The translations under genes and the position numbers were made by a program. A DNA stretch of 64,000 nucleotides, from IMG/VR virus record IMGVR_UViG_3300028549_001428; one strand, 5' to 3'. Shown here one piece after another: positions 29,401 through 38,148 of this stretch. The notes beneath the pieces were generated by a model. The model worked only from the letters and a program-made list of their open reading frames with translations, was not told the origin of the DNA and did no database searches. Each line of letters begins with the position of its first letter. Position 1 is the stretch's first letter. The stretch comes from a virus (Duplodnaviria; Heunggongvirae; Uroviricota; Caudoviricetes).

Positions 29401-30301
29401 CACCAGTTATATCAGATGCTTGTATAGAAGGTATTCCATATCTAAATGTGTAAGCATTAACAACATCTATAACAAATGTTCCGTTATATTCTGCTACAGT
29501 AGACCCAGTTATAGTAACACTGTTTCCAGAGGCAAATCCGTGTGCTGTGGTGGTTATAACTGATGCGCTATAGTATGAGGTGTCTGTAGTTTGCGATACT
29601 ATAGAAGCCACGCTAAAGGTAACTAAAGGAGCAACCGCTGATGCTATATTTATGTTTGAGTAAATATTAGCATCTATAATAATAGCTTCTTTTGAAACTA
29701 AGTAAAGTACACGCCATACATATTCGGTTATAATATAATAACCATTTGATTTATTATCATCTTGAGATACTAATTCAATTACTGTATTATCAATCAATTG
29801 ATATGTAGATTTAATAGATCCAGTTGCTGTAAAGGATGAAGGTACTGCACCCAATGCATATGTGAATGTATAATCATCCACCACTGTTATAGCAAATGAG
29901 CCATTATAATCTACTTCGTTAGCACCACTGACTGCAATTGTAGCACCATTAGCATAACCATGCTTATATTTTGATATAGCAGTTACAGTACCTGTATTAT
30001 AAGTTAGTGTGTCTATTGATAGCACAATAGAAAGCAACCCATACAACTCTGATATTGGTTTGTGTGATGTATATGCTACTGTAAAACTACCCATTAAATT
30101 ATTATAAGTGGCAATAAATTCAGGCGTTATTCGTGTTGGTATAACTCCCAATTCCCCACTTACATTGCGTTCTGGGAATCCAATTGGACTAATATTAAAA
30201 TTACCCGTACCGTCATCAACAATAGCCTCTACAGGTCTAGTAACAAGATACTGAATGGTGTCTTTTACATTTATGGTCGGTTTATTAATTTCAAATGACA
30301 T
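23492..30301 (-). CDS. Very large virion structural protein (~2270 aa)
   Basis: Repeated T...HG...G..V.I.G....YNG.F.I......F.Y domains and Q....ENGIY motif. Confidence 0.75.
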   Translation of the reverse strand: MSFEINKPTINVKDTIQYLVTRPVEAIVDDGTGNFNISPIGFPERNVSGELGVIPTRITPEFIATYNNLMGSFTVAYTSHKPISELYGLLSIVLSIDTLTYNTGTVTAISKYKHGYANGATIAVSGANEVDYNGSFAITVVDDYTFTYALGAVPSSFTATGSIKSTYQLIDNTVIELVSQDDNKSNGYYIITEYVWRVLYLVSKEAIIIDANIYSNINIASAVAPLVTFSVASIVSQTTDTSYYSASVITTTAHGFASGNSVTITGSTVAEYNGTFVIDVVNAYTFRYGIPSIQASDITGGATASYQTVNGDLVLLLNQTDADENGIYYVNSGSAWNYFGDFYKYNGTENDNVAGYYGNLSDRNGNPLTHYRNGYSLKETADFLRSKLNQPIEFGKFAGSNRDLKDQGAFVRWLLDGRKLNIGKISDKEVIVDGFGLGNPNSVVRTERNWGSIDPFNNTEVNNQRTLISRYKRTALWGLTNHHSRTLDGYNDKSPYVKDYPFIYNSKYDAGEVEPQLTGGHVDLTVDVERMRMSATGTSSTTDTNIRPVAIDTVWYHRENAYHNNITLDMSADNVFGKHTISLINNLDTPDFVGIYSQNFVASNISYGASTYIELDDVGEFVEGDYIRFIFPMGVSIPNGLSSSVTYKIAVGYPSGNTIKVVNIDNSEVATLSTGHGTFTIQRVAFDLYNDIEVSTALDELSSITLHSGLVLCRKTVTGNVTKYYIKTREKRSLSSIATKGSWTATTLSYDATGANGINIYLNSAEIDYVTFTHLTKTTAELLSDLNYNNDLIPVPFASTTDTIFLTELFASNSLIDYSDDIFKSEKIRSKKTFIHLPTPLDLKDGTPIEIDISLPIVPHTNSFPFNTVGSLSGYKNYVTQPRAYVFGGYQDIRCELMSVSGIVSNGSVATVTTTEPHGMHTISIDTDNISASADSIYMPNWKDIEVGEYLTIYTDGTLPTTSPQIASGVKYKVASITNGSIKLSTSSDVAITISTVGSGKQIITLCKPVKFTIDGSSASEYNKEFRGTIFTLTKIEFDVDETYSSSVTNDNIYITKAVAVHGTAGVYGLTERYNTALFGAMPEAEYASTDNIYHQAFTADNIVGTSYADSTGAIQVDKRVLLATVYPTSTSTFQWRIDNDPQLRMLQWSMLNVNAGGGSETTGSFANVTYKRNKAIFNEFNTLFKSGSNGLFSVYANPLSYVSSLSPSFTQQQLNALIKIRLPETIGTLMATDDISTVGSFTYQANVAYIDLIKDFITSKITVNTVKPVDEYLYLLNELGGFILAEDDTPFILENGSVDGSQLTNILSYVASLPENHGNSYVPTSFFDSDTDYEFLVFDSTVLPYSTTSGVYAESRWDTKEIYVPSFIYNASNETNLNMTDVYHDMPSSLDLHMEDYFDADKYKNNADPRYVVGNLIPTMYPSFAFGYPSTNKFIQFIEDTASYVDKTDVKRRFWDSFIQIPSATQRQMQNAYYIDKYGATVEDTVKFHGANWIPFAKVFSTDYATPVNENITDITDYGSISAGGVYANINSTLAECLKSNPIATRFISTGYEDAFASINSRETQTANEEFIRNYVAGYSNKLPFRFYNDNKIMVAGNVESIGYSTDLSKPEVTTEIDSERIYRYSLRDYLNEYSEAPSDDNGMYMDDNFLLFQSEIPEDVPGTETGLIDETSMYTLIENGIITDNNGESTLVLCNWSTLDGWETQSGQLWTPVGTGYVSDGKLYSSSQNPFYRYTTGVTDTFIVESFINPQDDQSLYFCSHRADPTMVNYFTARELSYFGLIFENNPIDGSGANGIYAIVRKNDSPIMYDYDMTNTYERLFRHTDEYDNIRIATYTQGITYRAIFARKATNTFMLKVYNTVDNSLVCEYTTQLKIPNANGFTTDDIDLLLCPGRDNGYFDAQSIAINIQSSQVDEWFGDITANHEDMIVKDPNPSWWYFESGNPNTMPISSTIKSAITVSGMNYLADREFYLNKMQFNYTRIKMSFVFSELLGRWLPFDYRQAPTSYLTPTFGSVALEQKEKSMVFAGRTGMYTEDYVPIEYTTSEGTVNTIENGTYPIDSNGNIVLDYLWKNTICTESYSAFKQLSNIGYWEMPAMELNRFCYPFLGEELPYDSTGNLVEEMDYTQDVQGADIYRFTRLLEPNKESPVGINFVVPNNVFGGEFYANNDLFMYQPHMWKVYWHMRPAVCAMEGTDIPTGEARTGGVMADPVLNNIFTYPNPRDPQFYIPWHEDMNTDWLNAGWLISDGKIRNDSNSGRDKYYEFDAD

Positions 30302-30548
30302 TTGATGCACCTTCGCTTGTTATAATAGCCAAATAATACTTACCTGATACAAAATTAGGAATTGTAAATCTAACTTGATTGTATGATTTATATGTCACGT
30401 AGTTATTTATATTATGCGCAACAAAATCAGAATCATACATATTCAGTTGGAAATCTACTCCATCCAAATTAGTTCCTGTAATTATCACACCACTATCAGC
30501 TACGTTTCCTGACATTGGTGAAACCTGTGTTATATTTGGTATTGCCAT
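30291..30548 (-). CDS. Small IPT/TIG (Ig-like) domain protein
   Basis: PNITQVSPMSG....VIITGTNL; late-type TATAAACTC upstream. Confidence 0.7.
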   Translation of the reverse strand: MAIPNITQVSPMSGNVADSGVIITGTNLDGVDFQLNMYDSDFVAHNINNYVTYKSYNQVRFTIPNFVSGKYYLAIITSEGASNVI

Positions 30549-30605
30549 AATCTATTTATTTCTTATATAGTAGAGTTTATAACAAAAATAGATTAATTAA
30601 TAAAT

Positions 30606-30633
30606 AAAAAAAGAGTCATTTCTGACTCTTTTT
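30606..30633. terminator. Intrinsic terminator
   Basis: AAAAGAGTCA-TTTC-TGACTCTTTT. Confidence 0.8.
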
Positions 30634-30846
30634 ATTGTTATATCATTCTATTCGTGAACTACACAGAACCTAAAAAATTCTGAGTTTCAAACAACCTCAC
30701 AGTTATTCTTTCTACGCTAGTTCTATGTTATTTCTAACAGGAAGAATCCTATATCTCGTAGACTTATCTTTCTGGGTGTTCCTATTTTGACCCAGTAGTT
30801 TTTATTTTATAACCTAATAACGTTGGTACTTATCCAACTCAGTTAT
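30634..30846 (-). ncRNA. Orphan TnpB omegaRNA-like element / IS200-IS605 right-end remnant
   Basis: Intergenic; CTGGG..CCCAG stem, GAAAC.CAGAA..TTCTG hairpin, terminal GTAGTTCAC identical to the tnpB end at 52901-52909. Confidence 0.6.
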
Positions 30847-30871
30847 AATACAAATATACATTATTACTCAT

Positions 30872-32935
30872 TCATATAATGCGATTTTTAAATGCATCGT
30901 ATTCACTATCAGTATTGAATCTATACGGAGTTAGATTCGTATTACTGAATGGATCTTGGAATAGAGGGAAGGCTGCTGTCTCATATCCAATAAATGATGC
31001 ATTTGGATTAATTCCCATTAATTCATTATTAATATCTGCATTTGATGGGCTTTGTGGGTCAATAAAACCTACTGGTCCAACGAATACATGGTCAGGTAAT
31101 TGATAATAATCTAAACACATCCATCGTTTTTCAACAGAACTGTATATAAATGTTGCTCTGTAACATACAGGTTTATCAGGAATAGATACATTTTCACCAA
31201 ACATGTAGAAATTAGTTGTTCTTGCCATTGAAAATTTAGCTATTGGATTTTCACAAATATCATCCAATATACTATCTCTATTCACAACACTATATACATA
31301 AATTTGAGATTTATTTACAGTATGATCTCGTGTTATAGATCCATTCAATTGCGCATTCGGCCATATTCTAAAGAAGAATTCATAAGTAAATCCATCTTCT
31401 GGATATGCAATGCCATCATCACCAACTTCAATTTCAACTGGTAAATATATACACAATCCTTGATCTAAATCAGGACCATCGTAATTAACAAAATTCAATG
31501 TCTTTGCTTTATCCATTCTACTATGATCGAAAATCATAGATGCACTATACACCTGTCTTTTTGTGATAGGCAATGAAGTATCGGTTGGTCCATATACTGA
31601 TGAATCCCATACAGCTTGTTGATTATCAGGCCACATTAAGTAATTCGATGACGATACAATACCAACATTTTTCTGATATATGGACACAGGTTCAACTGAT
31701 TTTACAGATACTTGAACATGAATATTAGTTGAGTCTTGGCTACTTATAGAACTTTTATTTTTAAATAGAAATTCAACAGCATCACATGTAGCATACCATC
31801 TTCCTAATATTGATTTTGTGATTGTGCCAATTGAATCAATTTTAAATATTAATTTTTCTTCCCAATTTGATGTATCTAAATTAGGGGATAATGTAGACGA
31901 AATCACATTTGTAGTACATATATAGAATTTGTTATTATAATATACATAAGCACCATTAGTATAATCAGACCCAGAAATCCAACTATTAGCATACAACTCA
32001 AAATTATCAGCATCTAAATTTGGTGTTATAATGGATGCACTCACATCTACCAAACATCTATATATAGATGAATCATGTATAATTAAATCACCACCAAAGT
32101 AATCTACTCCATATGCCCAATAAGATAATAATGGTCTAAATATGTTAGCGTAACTTACAGCATCTGTTGATATTGAATCAAATATCATTCTATATATAAG
32201 GGTGCCATCAGTAACATAATTACCTGCTTTATACTCATTACCTGATATGTATGTGTATATCGATGGTACATAATATAATGACCAATCAGACGCACCTGAC
32301 GAAAATACAGTAGTCCTAAATGTAACTATGTCACCTCTATCGGCATCATCTGTTTGTAAGGATGATTCAAACTTATACATTGTTATTACACCACTACCAG
32401 AATTTAATACAATTGCATCACCGCTTGCATCATCTGATACAGTTACTATATTACCAGATTTTGATATAATATAATAAAAAATATAACTCTCAATTGCAGA
32501 TGGTATAGTTCCTGAATCAGTTCTGAACATAACTATATCACCAATATTAAAATCAATAGAATCCGATAATACTATATTTGCGGATGGGGTTGCAGTATAC
32601 CCAGATGCATCAAATGTTGTTTTTTTAAATTTCTTAGATCCACCATAAACAACACAATCTATAGGTGAATCGACAGCAAATGAATTTCCTGGTATCGAAC
32701 CCAAAACATCAGTCTTAAACGTATCCACATTTAATGTGGATTTCTTGGATGGTATTACATAATCTTCATACCAAGGTGCACTGTCCTTGGTAAGTCTTAT
32801 AGCAACAGTATCATCAGATGAATTATTCCATTTAACAAGACCATTCAATATGGCTTGATAATTATAATTGTTTCTTGATATATCACTATCTAATTTTTCT
32901 AACGGAAATGCGTTTCCTATATTTACATTACTCAT
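30872..32935 (-). CDS. Structural protein with tandem CBM5/12-like repeats
   Basis: Repeats W..G..Y..G..V.Y....Y.C; likely start MSNVNIG with GGAG SD. Confidence 0.7.
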   Translation of the reverse strand: MSNVNIGNAFPLEKLDSDISRNNYNYQAILNGLVKWNNSSDDTVAIRLTKDSAPWYEDYVIPSKKSTLNVDTFKTDVLGSIPGNSFAVDSPIDCVVYGGSKKFKKTTFDASGYTATPSANIVLSDSIDFNIGDIVMFRTDSGTIPSAIESYIFYYIISKSGNIVTVSDDASGDAIVLNSGSGVITMYKFESSLQTDDADRGDIVTFRTTVFSSGASDWSLYYVPSIYTYISGNEYKAGNYVTDGTLIYRMIFDSISTDAVSYANIFRPLLSYWAYGVDYFGGDLIIHDSSIYRCLVDVSASIITPNLDADNFELYANSWISGSDYTNGAYVYYNNKFYICTTNVISSTLSPNLDTSNWEEKLIFKIDSIGTITKSILGRWYATCDAVEFLFKNKSSISSQDSTNIHVQVSVKSVEPVSIYQKNVGIVSSSNYLMWPDNQQAVWDSSVYGPTDTSLPITKRQVYSASMIFDHSRMDKAKTLNFVNYDGPDLDQGLCIYLPVEIEVGDDGIAYPEDGFTYEFFFRIWPNAQLNGSITRDHTVNKSQIYVYSVVNRDSILDDICENPIAKFSMARTTNFYMFGENVSIPDKPVCYRATFIYSSVEKRWMCLDYYQLPDHVFVGPVGFIDPQSPSNADINNELMGINPNASFIGYETAAFPLFQDPFSNTNLTPYRFNTDSEYDAFKNRII

Positions 32936-32946
32936 AAAAACTCCAA

Positions 32947-35769
32947 TTATGCATCTAACGGACAAAATATATTAAATACAATTATACCATTAGTATTATT
33001 ATTACTGAATGCGGATATTGCATTTAATGTTGTTGGTGATTGTATTGTTATATATACTCGATTAGGATCACCAAAAATAGCACCTTTATGTAAAGTTGCA
33101 TATGCTGTTGTTTCAGTAGATGTGGTTGGATCACTATATATTATATTAGTATTTCTAGATGATACTGGAAATAATTCATTGTATGTTAGCAATCCACTAT
33201 TCTTAATAAAATCAGTATCATTTTTAAATACAATCTCCATAAGTTTTGAATTAACTTCACTACCTGCACAGAAGACAATACGTAAAAATATGCCACCACG
33301 AACCTTTACATAATCAACTTCATTTACACGAGCCTTTATACTAGGTATACTTGTATTTTTTGTATTATTCCATATTAAATGTGATATAATAGTCGATGAA
33401 TCAGTTGTCTTAAAGCTAGTTCCACCTATTTCATCTTTATACGCTAAATAACGAGGTGTACGAGCCTTACTTACAGTCGTTTCATTTCCATTAAGATCTG
33501 TTTCATTGAACATAACACCAATATTTGGTATTGGATCTACTGTATCAATAAGAGTAGGGAACATCAATTTCCATGCATATGAGCTATATGATGTATAATC
33601 ACCAATATTTAAGAATTGACATGAACTCATACGGGATATATCACCATATCCTCGTGTCATCTGATTACCAGTTCCTGTATTTAAAATATCAAAGAATCCA
33701 GATTTAATTACACCACCAAATGTTGATTCAGCACCTTTTTCAGTGAATAAATTTATGTAGTTAAATGATACATAATGAGAATATTGGTCATCTGATGTAG
33801 GCAATGCACCAAAGGTATTACCATATAACTTTAAGGACTTCGACCAATTCATTATTAAATTATTTTCAGTTGTTACTGTTATGGTATTATCAGCATCTAA
33901 TGTTATATAGTCAGATGCTTCGAGTAGTAATGAACTAGCTGACGTTAGTAGTATATCTGAATCATATGGGATATGCTTATATGTTCTACTAGCACCACTT
34001 CGTATTATTAGTGGACTTTTATATGCAGATAACATTAAGTCATAATCAGTTGATGTTTCCGATTGGAATAAACCTATGTATGAACCAATAGTCAATGCGG
34101 AATAATCTTTATTTAATTCAAATCTTGCTTCTTGTATCTTTGAATAAATTCCTATATAATTAAATCTATGGAATACAGAAGTTGCATCACTAAGCATTGC
34201 AGTACTTGTATTATATGTTCCATCAAATTGGGTTCCATATACAGTAATACCATCGTCATATACTTCTAATACATTGGATCGAACATAATCACCACTGCCA
34301 TTACCATTACCCACAACAAATCTAGCAGTACTATTAGGTGAATTGTATTTACCTACTACCGTTTGATTAGCACCTAATGCTATATTGGAGTTATTCATTG
34401 CAACTGATGCATAACCCAAGACATTACCCTTGGCATCGACAACTTTAGTTATATAACCACCATCAACTTTAGAACCTGCAATATCTCCTGATAATGTAAT
34501 TAGAGTATTTCCTCTATTTACATTTGAAGGGAATGTAGTAGGATCTATATATTCAACCGATGTAATTGTGAAGTATTGAGTTTTAAATCCATCGCCATTT
34601 GTTTCCCAATAGCTTAATCTAGCACTAGTGTCCGAAAATACGGTTAATGTGTGAATAGAAACAGTAGCTCCTATTTCATATAAACCTGCAATATTTCCAG
34701 TAATTGATATTACATTTTTACCTGCATATGCACCAGTTTCTTCACTAACGCAGTCATTATTAACAGTTAAACATGTAATTGAATTTGCATCACTTATTGG
34801 GAATTTAAATGTATGTGTGGTTGAACCAACTGAATTATTTAAACCTGCAATAATAGCACTATAAGCACCAGCAGCAACATTGCCTTTACCTGCGAATACA
34901 CCACTGCCTACACCAACTGATTTATTTAACGAACCACCAACAGACGCTGCATATGAATCGGTTGCTAATAATCTATCACCAATAGCAACACCAGAAACAG
35001 CACCACGTGGAACAATAGAACCAAATCCACTAGCATGAGAATATTTAGCACGTGCTTGTGTAGCATAACCATTTGCGGTTGAATAAGTTACTTCTAATGC
35101 ATTACCATTAGAATCTATATCATGATTTCGTCTAGCTTTGGTTTTTCTGGTATCTGATGAATTTACACCACCAGTTGAGAATGCATCGGTTTCCATGCTT
35201 ATGTAATTATCAGCACTAATAGTCCATGAAGCACCATCCATATGATGGTTAACATCATCACCAGAATATCCTAATAAATCAACAGAATAATATGCGAATG
35301 GAAATAAATATGTTTCGTCTTGATTATATTTGGTGGTTGCCATATTTTCGTCAAATATTGGCGTTCTTATATTAATTGGAATTGGAGCAGAATTTGATAT
35401 CAATTTTGGGTTATTTGCATCTTTTATTAAACCAAGCCAATAAGACTGAGTATTAACAGCACCCACAGTATCATTATTTAAATATAGAATTTTACTATGT
35501 TTTTCCAATGACTCTCCAGCACCAACATCAGCTACTATATCATCAAATATAGAAGTATCGTATTTAGATTCTTCCCATTGCTTATAAAATTTATCTAATT
35601 TGTATATATCTTCACGTGTGAGTAATATTTCAATACCAACACGAGTTACCTTATATCCATTAGAGGTTCCAGCTGCAATGGTTGAACGAATCATTGCATT
35701 TATAGAACTTCTAGCATTATATGTCAAAGCATCTATTTCTTTTACTAATCTGTCGAATCCACCACGCAT
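32947..35769 (-). CDS. Tail fibre/adhesin-like protein (YadA-head-like repeats)
   Basis: A...SHASG, GG..N.A.G repeats, QTVVGKYN...FVVGNG; late motif 35796-35804. Confidence 0.7.
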   Translation of the reverse strand: MRGGFDRLVKEIDALTYNARSSINAMIRSTIAAGTSNGYKVTRVGIEILLTREDIYKLDKFYKQWEESKYDTSIFDDIVADVGAGESLEKHSKILYLNNDTVGAVNTQSYWLGLIKDANNPKLISNSAPIPINIRTPIFDENMATTKYNQDETYLFPFAYYSVDLLGYSGDDVNHHMDGASWTISADNYISMETDAFSTGGVNSSDTRKTKARRNHDIDSNGNALEVTYSTANGYATQARAKYSHASGFGSIVPRGAVSGVAIGDRLLATDSYAASVGGSLNKSVGVGSGVFAGKGNVAAGAYSAIIAGLNNSVGSTTHTFKFPISDANSITCLTVNNDCVSEETGAYAGKNVISITGNIAGLYEIGATVSIHTLTVFSDTSARLSYWETNGDGFKTQYFTITSVEYIDPTTFPSNVNRGNTLITLSGDIAGSKVDGGYITKVVDAKGNVLGYASVAMNNSNIALGANQTVVGKYNSPNSTARFVVGNGNGSGDYVRSNVLEVYDDGITVYGTQFDGTYNTSTAMLSDATSVFHRFNYIGIYSKIQEARFELNKDYSALTIGSYIGLFQSETSTDYDLMLSAYKSPLIIRSGASRTYKHIPYDSDILLTSASSLLLEASDYITLDADNTITVTTENNLIMNWSKSLKLYGNTFGALPTSDDQYSHYVSFNYINLFTEKGAESTFGGVIKSGFFDILNTGTGNQMTRGYGDISRMSSCQFLNIGDYTSYSSYAWKLMFPTLIDTVDPIPNIGVMFNETDLNGNETTVSKARTPRYLAYKDEIGGTSFKTTDSSTIISHLIWNNTKNTSIPSIKARVNEVDYVKVRGGIFLRIVFCAGSEVNSKLMEIVFKNDTDFIKNSGLLTYNELFPVSSRNTNIIYSDPTTSTETTAYATLHKGAIFGDPNRVYITIQSPTTLNAISAFSNNNTNGIIVFNIFCPLDA

Positions 35770-35824
35770 TATTAATCCTGAATTGTTATGTATAATAGTT
35801 TATAAAAATATAAATTAACGGTTT

Positions 35825-36934
35825 TTAGTAATATTGTGCATTTCCTGTTTTGTATGCACCTTGCTTACCATAGTCTAATATTTCATCGGGCATTAAAACC
35901 CCATCATATGCAATAGATGTTTTGCACAATGCAATTGCATTGAGTATTGCTTTGCCATTATATATTTGACCATTCAACCATAATTTATATCCAGTTGGGG
36001 TTTTACATTTTTTGCATGTAGCTAAATACTCAAGGGCTTTTTTATATTCTTCGTTTCTTATATGATATTTAGCCAGATAGTAGTATCCTTCAGCTCTATT
36101 TGGTTCAATTTCTATCATTTGATGAGATACATCCATCAATTCGCCATTATGAGACTCACCAACTAATGCTTCCAAAATAAGTTCTGCTATTGATTCCAAT
36201 GCCTTAAAATATTCTTCTCTAAATACTTCCAAAAAATCAAAGTTATATACACGCTTTCTGTACCATGTTAATGCGTCTAATGGTTTTTGCATTTCCCTGT
36301 ATGTAAGGGCAATATAAAAAGCATTTCTAGCGGATGGGTCTGTATCCCATTCTTTAAGTAATAATCGTAAATTTCTTTCCAGATCACGATTCTTTTTTCT
36401 ATTTTGTATAGGAATAGGTAAAAATACTCGTTTTAGTTCATTTATATTACTAAAAGTCATATATTCATGCACTCTACCTATCACACTTGCAGTTTCTCTT
36501 GGTCCAATTCTAGTTCTTATATAAGCAAATGAATCAGACAAAGCCGTAGGCAATGAAAAATAAACGGCTTTCGATTTAGCCGTTTCTGTCAAAAATGCTT
36601 TTTTTATTTCTTTTTGATTATCTATTTTATCGGTTGCATCGAGCCACATTACAAAATCTTTAGTCGCATTTTGTATAGCAAATGTTTTAGCACCACCAAA
36701 ATCAAAATCCCCATCAGCATCATGGAATTTATTACCTACAGGAATTACCTTTACGGCATTCCCTGCATTGTATTTTTTTATCCACGCATGAATGATAGGG
36801 ACTGTTTTATCGTTAGATCCAGTATCTACTATTATAATCTCATCAGCTAAAATACTAATACGATTTAAGCACGAAGCAATCTTATCTTGTTCGTTCTTTA
36901 CAACAAGGCAACATGATAGACTACTTCGCACCAT
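35825..36934 (-). CDS. Glycosyltransferase family 2 with TPR repeats
   Basis: VVKNE, IIIVDTGSNDKT, DFGGAK, WLDA.D, GRVHE, C-terminal TPR (EPNRAEGYYYLA). Confidence 0.88.
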   Translation of the reverse strand: MVRSSLSCCLVVKNEQDKIASCLNRISILADEIIIVDTGSNDKTVPIIHAWIKKYNAGNAVKVIPVGNKFHDADGDFDFGGAKTFAIQNATKDFVMWLDATDKIDNQKEIKKAFLTETAKSKAVYFSLPTALSDSFAYIRTRIGPRETASVIGRVHEYMTFSNINELKRVFLPIPIQNRKKNRDLERNLRLLLKEWDTDPSARNAFYIALTYREMQKPLDALTWYRKRVYNFDFLEVFREEYFKALESIAELILEALVGESHNGELMDVSHQMIEIEPNRAEGYYYLAKYHIRNEEYKKALEYLATCKKCKTPTGYKLWLNGQIYNGKAILNAIALCKTSIAYDGVLMPDEILDYGKQGAYKTGNAQYY

Positions 36935-37416
36935 TATTCAACTACGATAATAGATAATGTATTCCAAATATCCCAATGGAAGTATTTATTATCTTCGGAA
37001 ATATTTGGGGTATCTTCTGGTTTTACTGTTTTTAGATCGATTTCAATTTCTTCTTCAGAAAAATCAATTCTCTCTTTATTGATTGCATCCTGATCTTTAA
37101 TAGCTGGATCATAATCACCACGCAACGCAATCAACTTTTCTTCTAGATCCTGACGTTTACCTTCTTCTAATTTATCAATGCTTTCCTGTGAATTTACACT
37201 AAATGATTTATAGATCTCACCTTCTTTCTTTTTAAATTCTATAAATGCTGGGCATGGTGGGAATGCCTCATTCAACTGCTTAATTTCATCACCTGTTATC
37301 TTGGTGTTGGCTGTTAATGCATATCTAAATTTTCCATTAATAGGAAGATCAAATTTTGTGGTTGTTAGCACGTGATTTAATTCTATTACCTGTCTTCTTT
37401 TTAGTTTCATTTTCAT
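36934..37416 (-). CDS. Hypothetical helical protein (possible fibre chaperone)
   Basis: 160-aa ORF; TATAAACTT upstream. Confidence 0.65.
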   Translation of the reverse strand: MKMKLKRRQVIELNHVLTTTKFDLPINGKFRYALTANTKITGDEIKQLNEAFPPCPAFIEFKKKEGEIYKSFSVNSQESIDKLEEGKRQDLEEKLIALRGDYDPAIKDQDAINKERIDFSEEEIEIDLKTVKPEDTPNISEDNKYFHWDIWNTLSIIVVE

Positions 37417-37552
37417 AACAAATTACCCTTATATAGTTATATTATAAATATGTATTATTTTTCTGAAGTTTATATTAAAAATAATGGTTTTTTTTACAAA
37501 ATAGAGCAATGTATAAACTACTTATATAAATAAAAGTCGAGCAAAATTACTT

Positions 37553-38098
37553 ATGAATGCCAGAAACTATATGCTGTTTTTATTGGGATTTCTTACATTC
37601 ACATATGTAAATGCATCTTCTATATCCTCAAGTTCAGCAGAACCTGTTATTACTAACTCAGCATCTACAGATACTATCGTTTTGATAGTAACATTGGTAT
37701 CTGGATTGCTTACTATTTTAACAGTTGCGGTGCAATCAATGAAATCAGGAAAAGACACCAATGAAGTAACGCAAAAAACAATAGAACAGTTGAATAAAGA
37801 CAATATTGAAGAAAAAATAAAATCAATACAACAAAATCTAAATACATTGGATATTACTGTACATCAACATATTGAACGAAAAATACAAAGTCTAAGCGAT
37901 AACTATAATGCACTAGATAAACAAATTTCCGTATTTACAAAAAATCTTGAAAGTTCACTAAATGATCGTAAAGATGAAAGTAAACAATTAAAACAAGAAT
38001 TGAATACTATTCGAGACAATATACGTGAAGATCTAAATGATGTTAGAAAATTAATTACTGAAATAACATTAGCTTTCAAAATTTCTGATAATGACTAA
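37553..38098 (+). CDS. Membrane-anchored coiled-coil protein (possible lysis/holin-like)
   Basis: Signal/TM plus second TM, then coiled coil; TATAAACTA at 37512-37520. Confidence 0.6.
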   Translation: MNARNYMLFLLGFLTFTYVNASSISSSSAEPVITNSASTDTIVLIVTLVSGLLTILTVAVQSMKSGKDTNEVTQKTIEQLNKDNIEEKIKSIQQNLNTLDITVHQHIERKIQSLSDNYNALDKQISVFTKNLESSLNDRKDESKQLKQELNTIRDNIREDLNDVRKLITEITLAFKISDND

Positions 38099-38106
38099 AA
38101 TTACAT

Positions 38107-38142
38107 AAAAAAAAAAATGGAACCAATAGGTTCCATTTTTTT
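38107..38142. terminator. Bidirectional terminator
   Basis: A-tract ATGGAACC/GGTTCCAT T-tract. Confidence 0.85.
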
Positions 38143-38148
38143 GTATCA

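Noticed and set aside
452-30633. Near-identical terminators at 452-478 and 30606-30633
   Set aside because: Short shared stem-loop explained by a common phage terminator type; no wider homology
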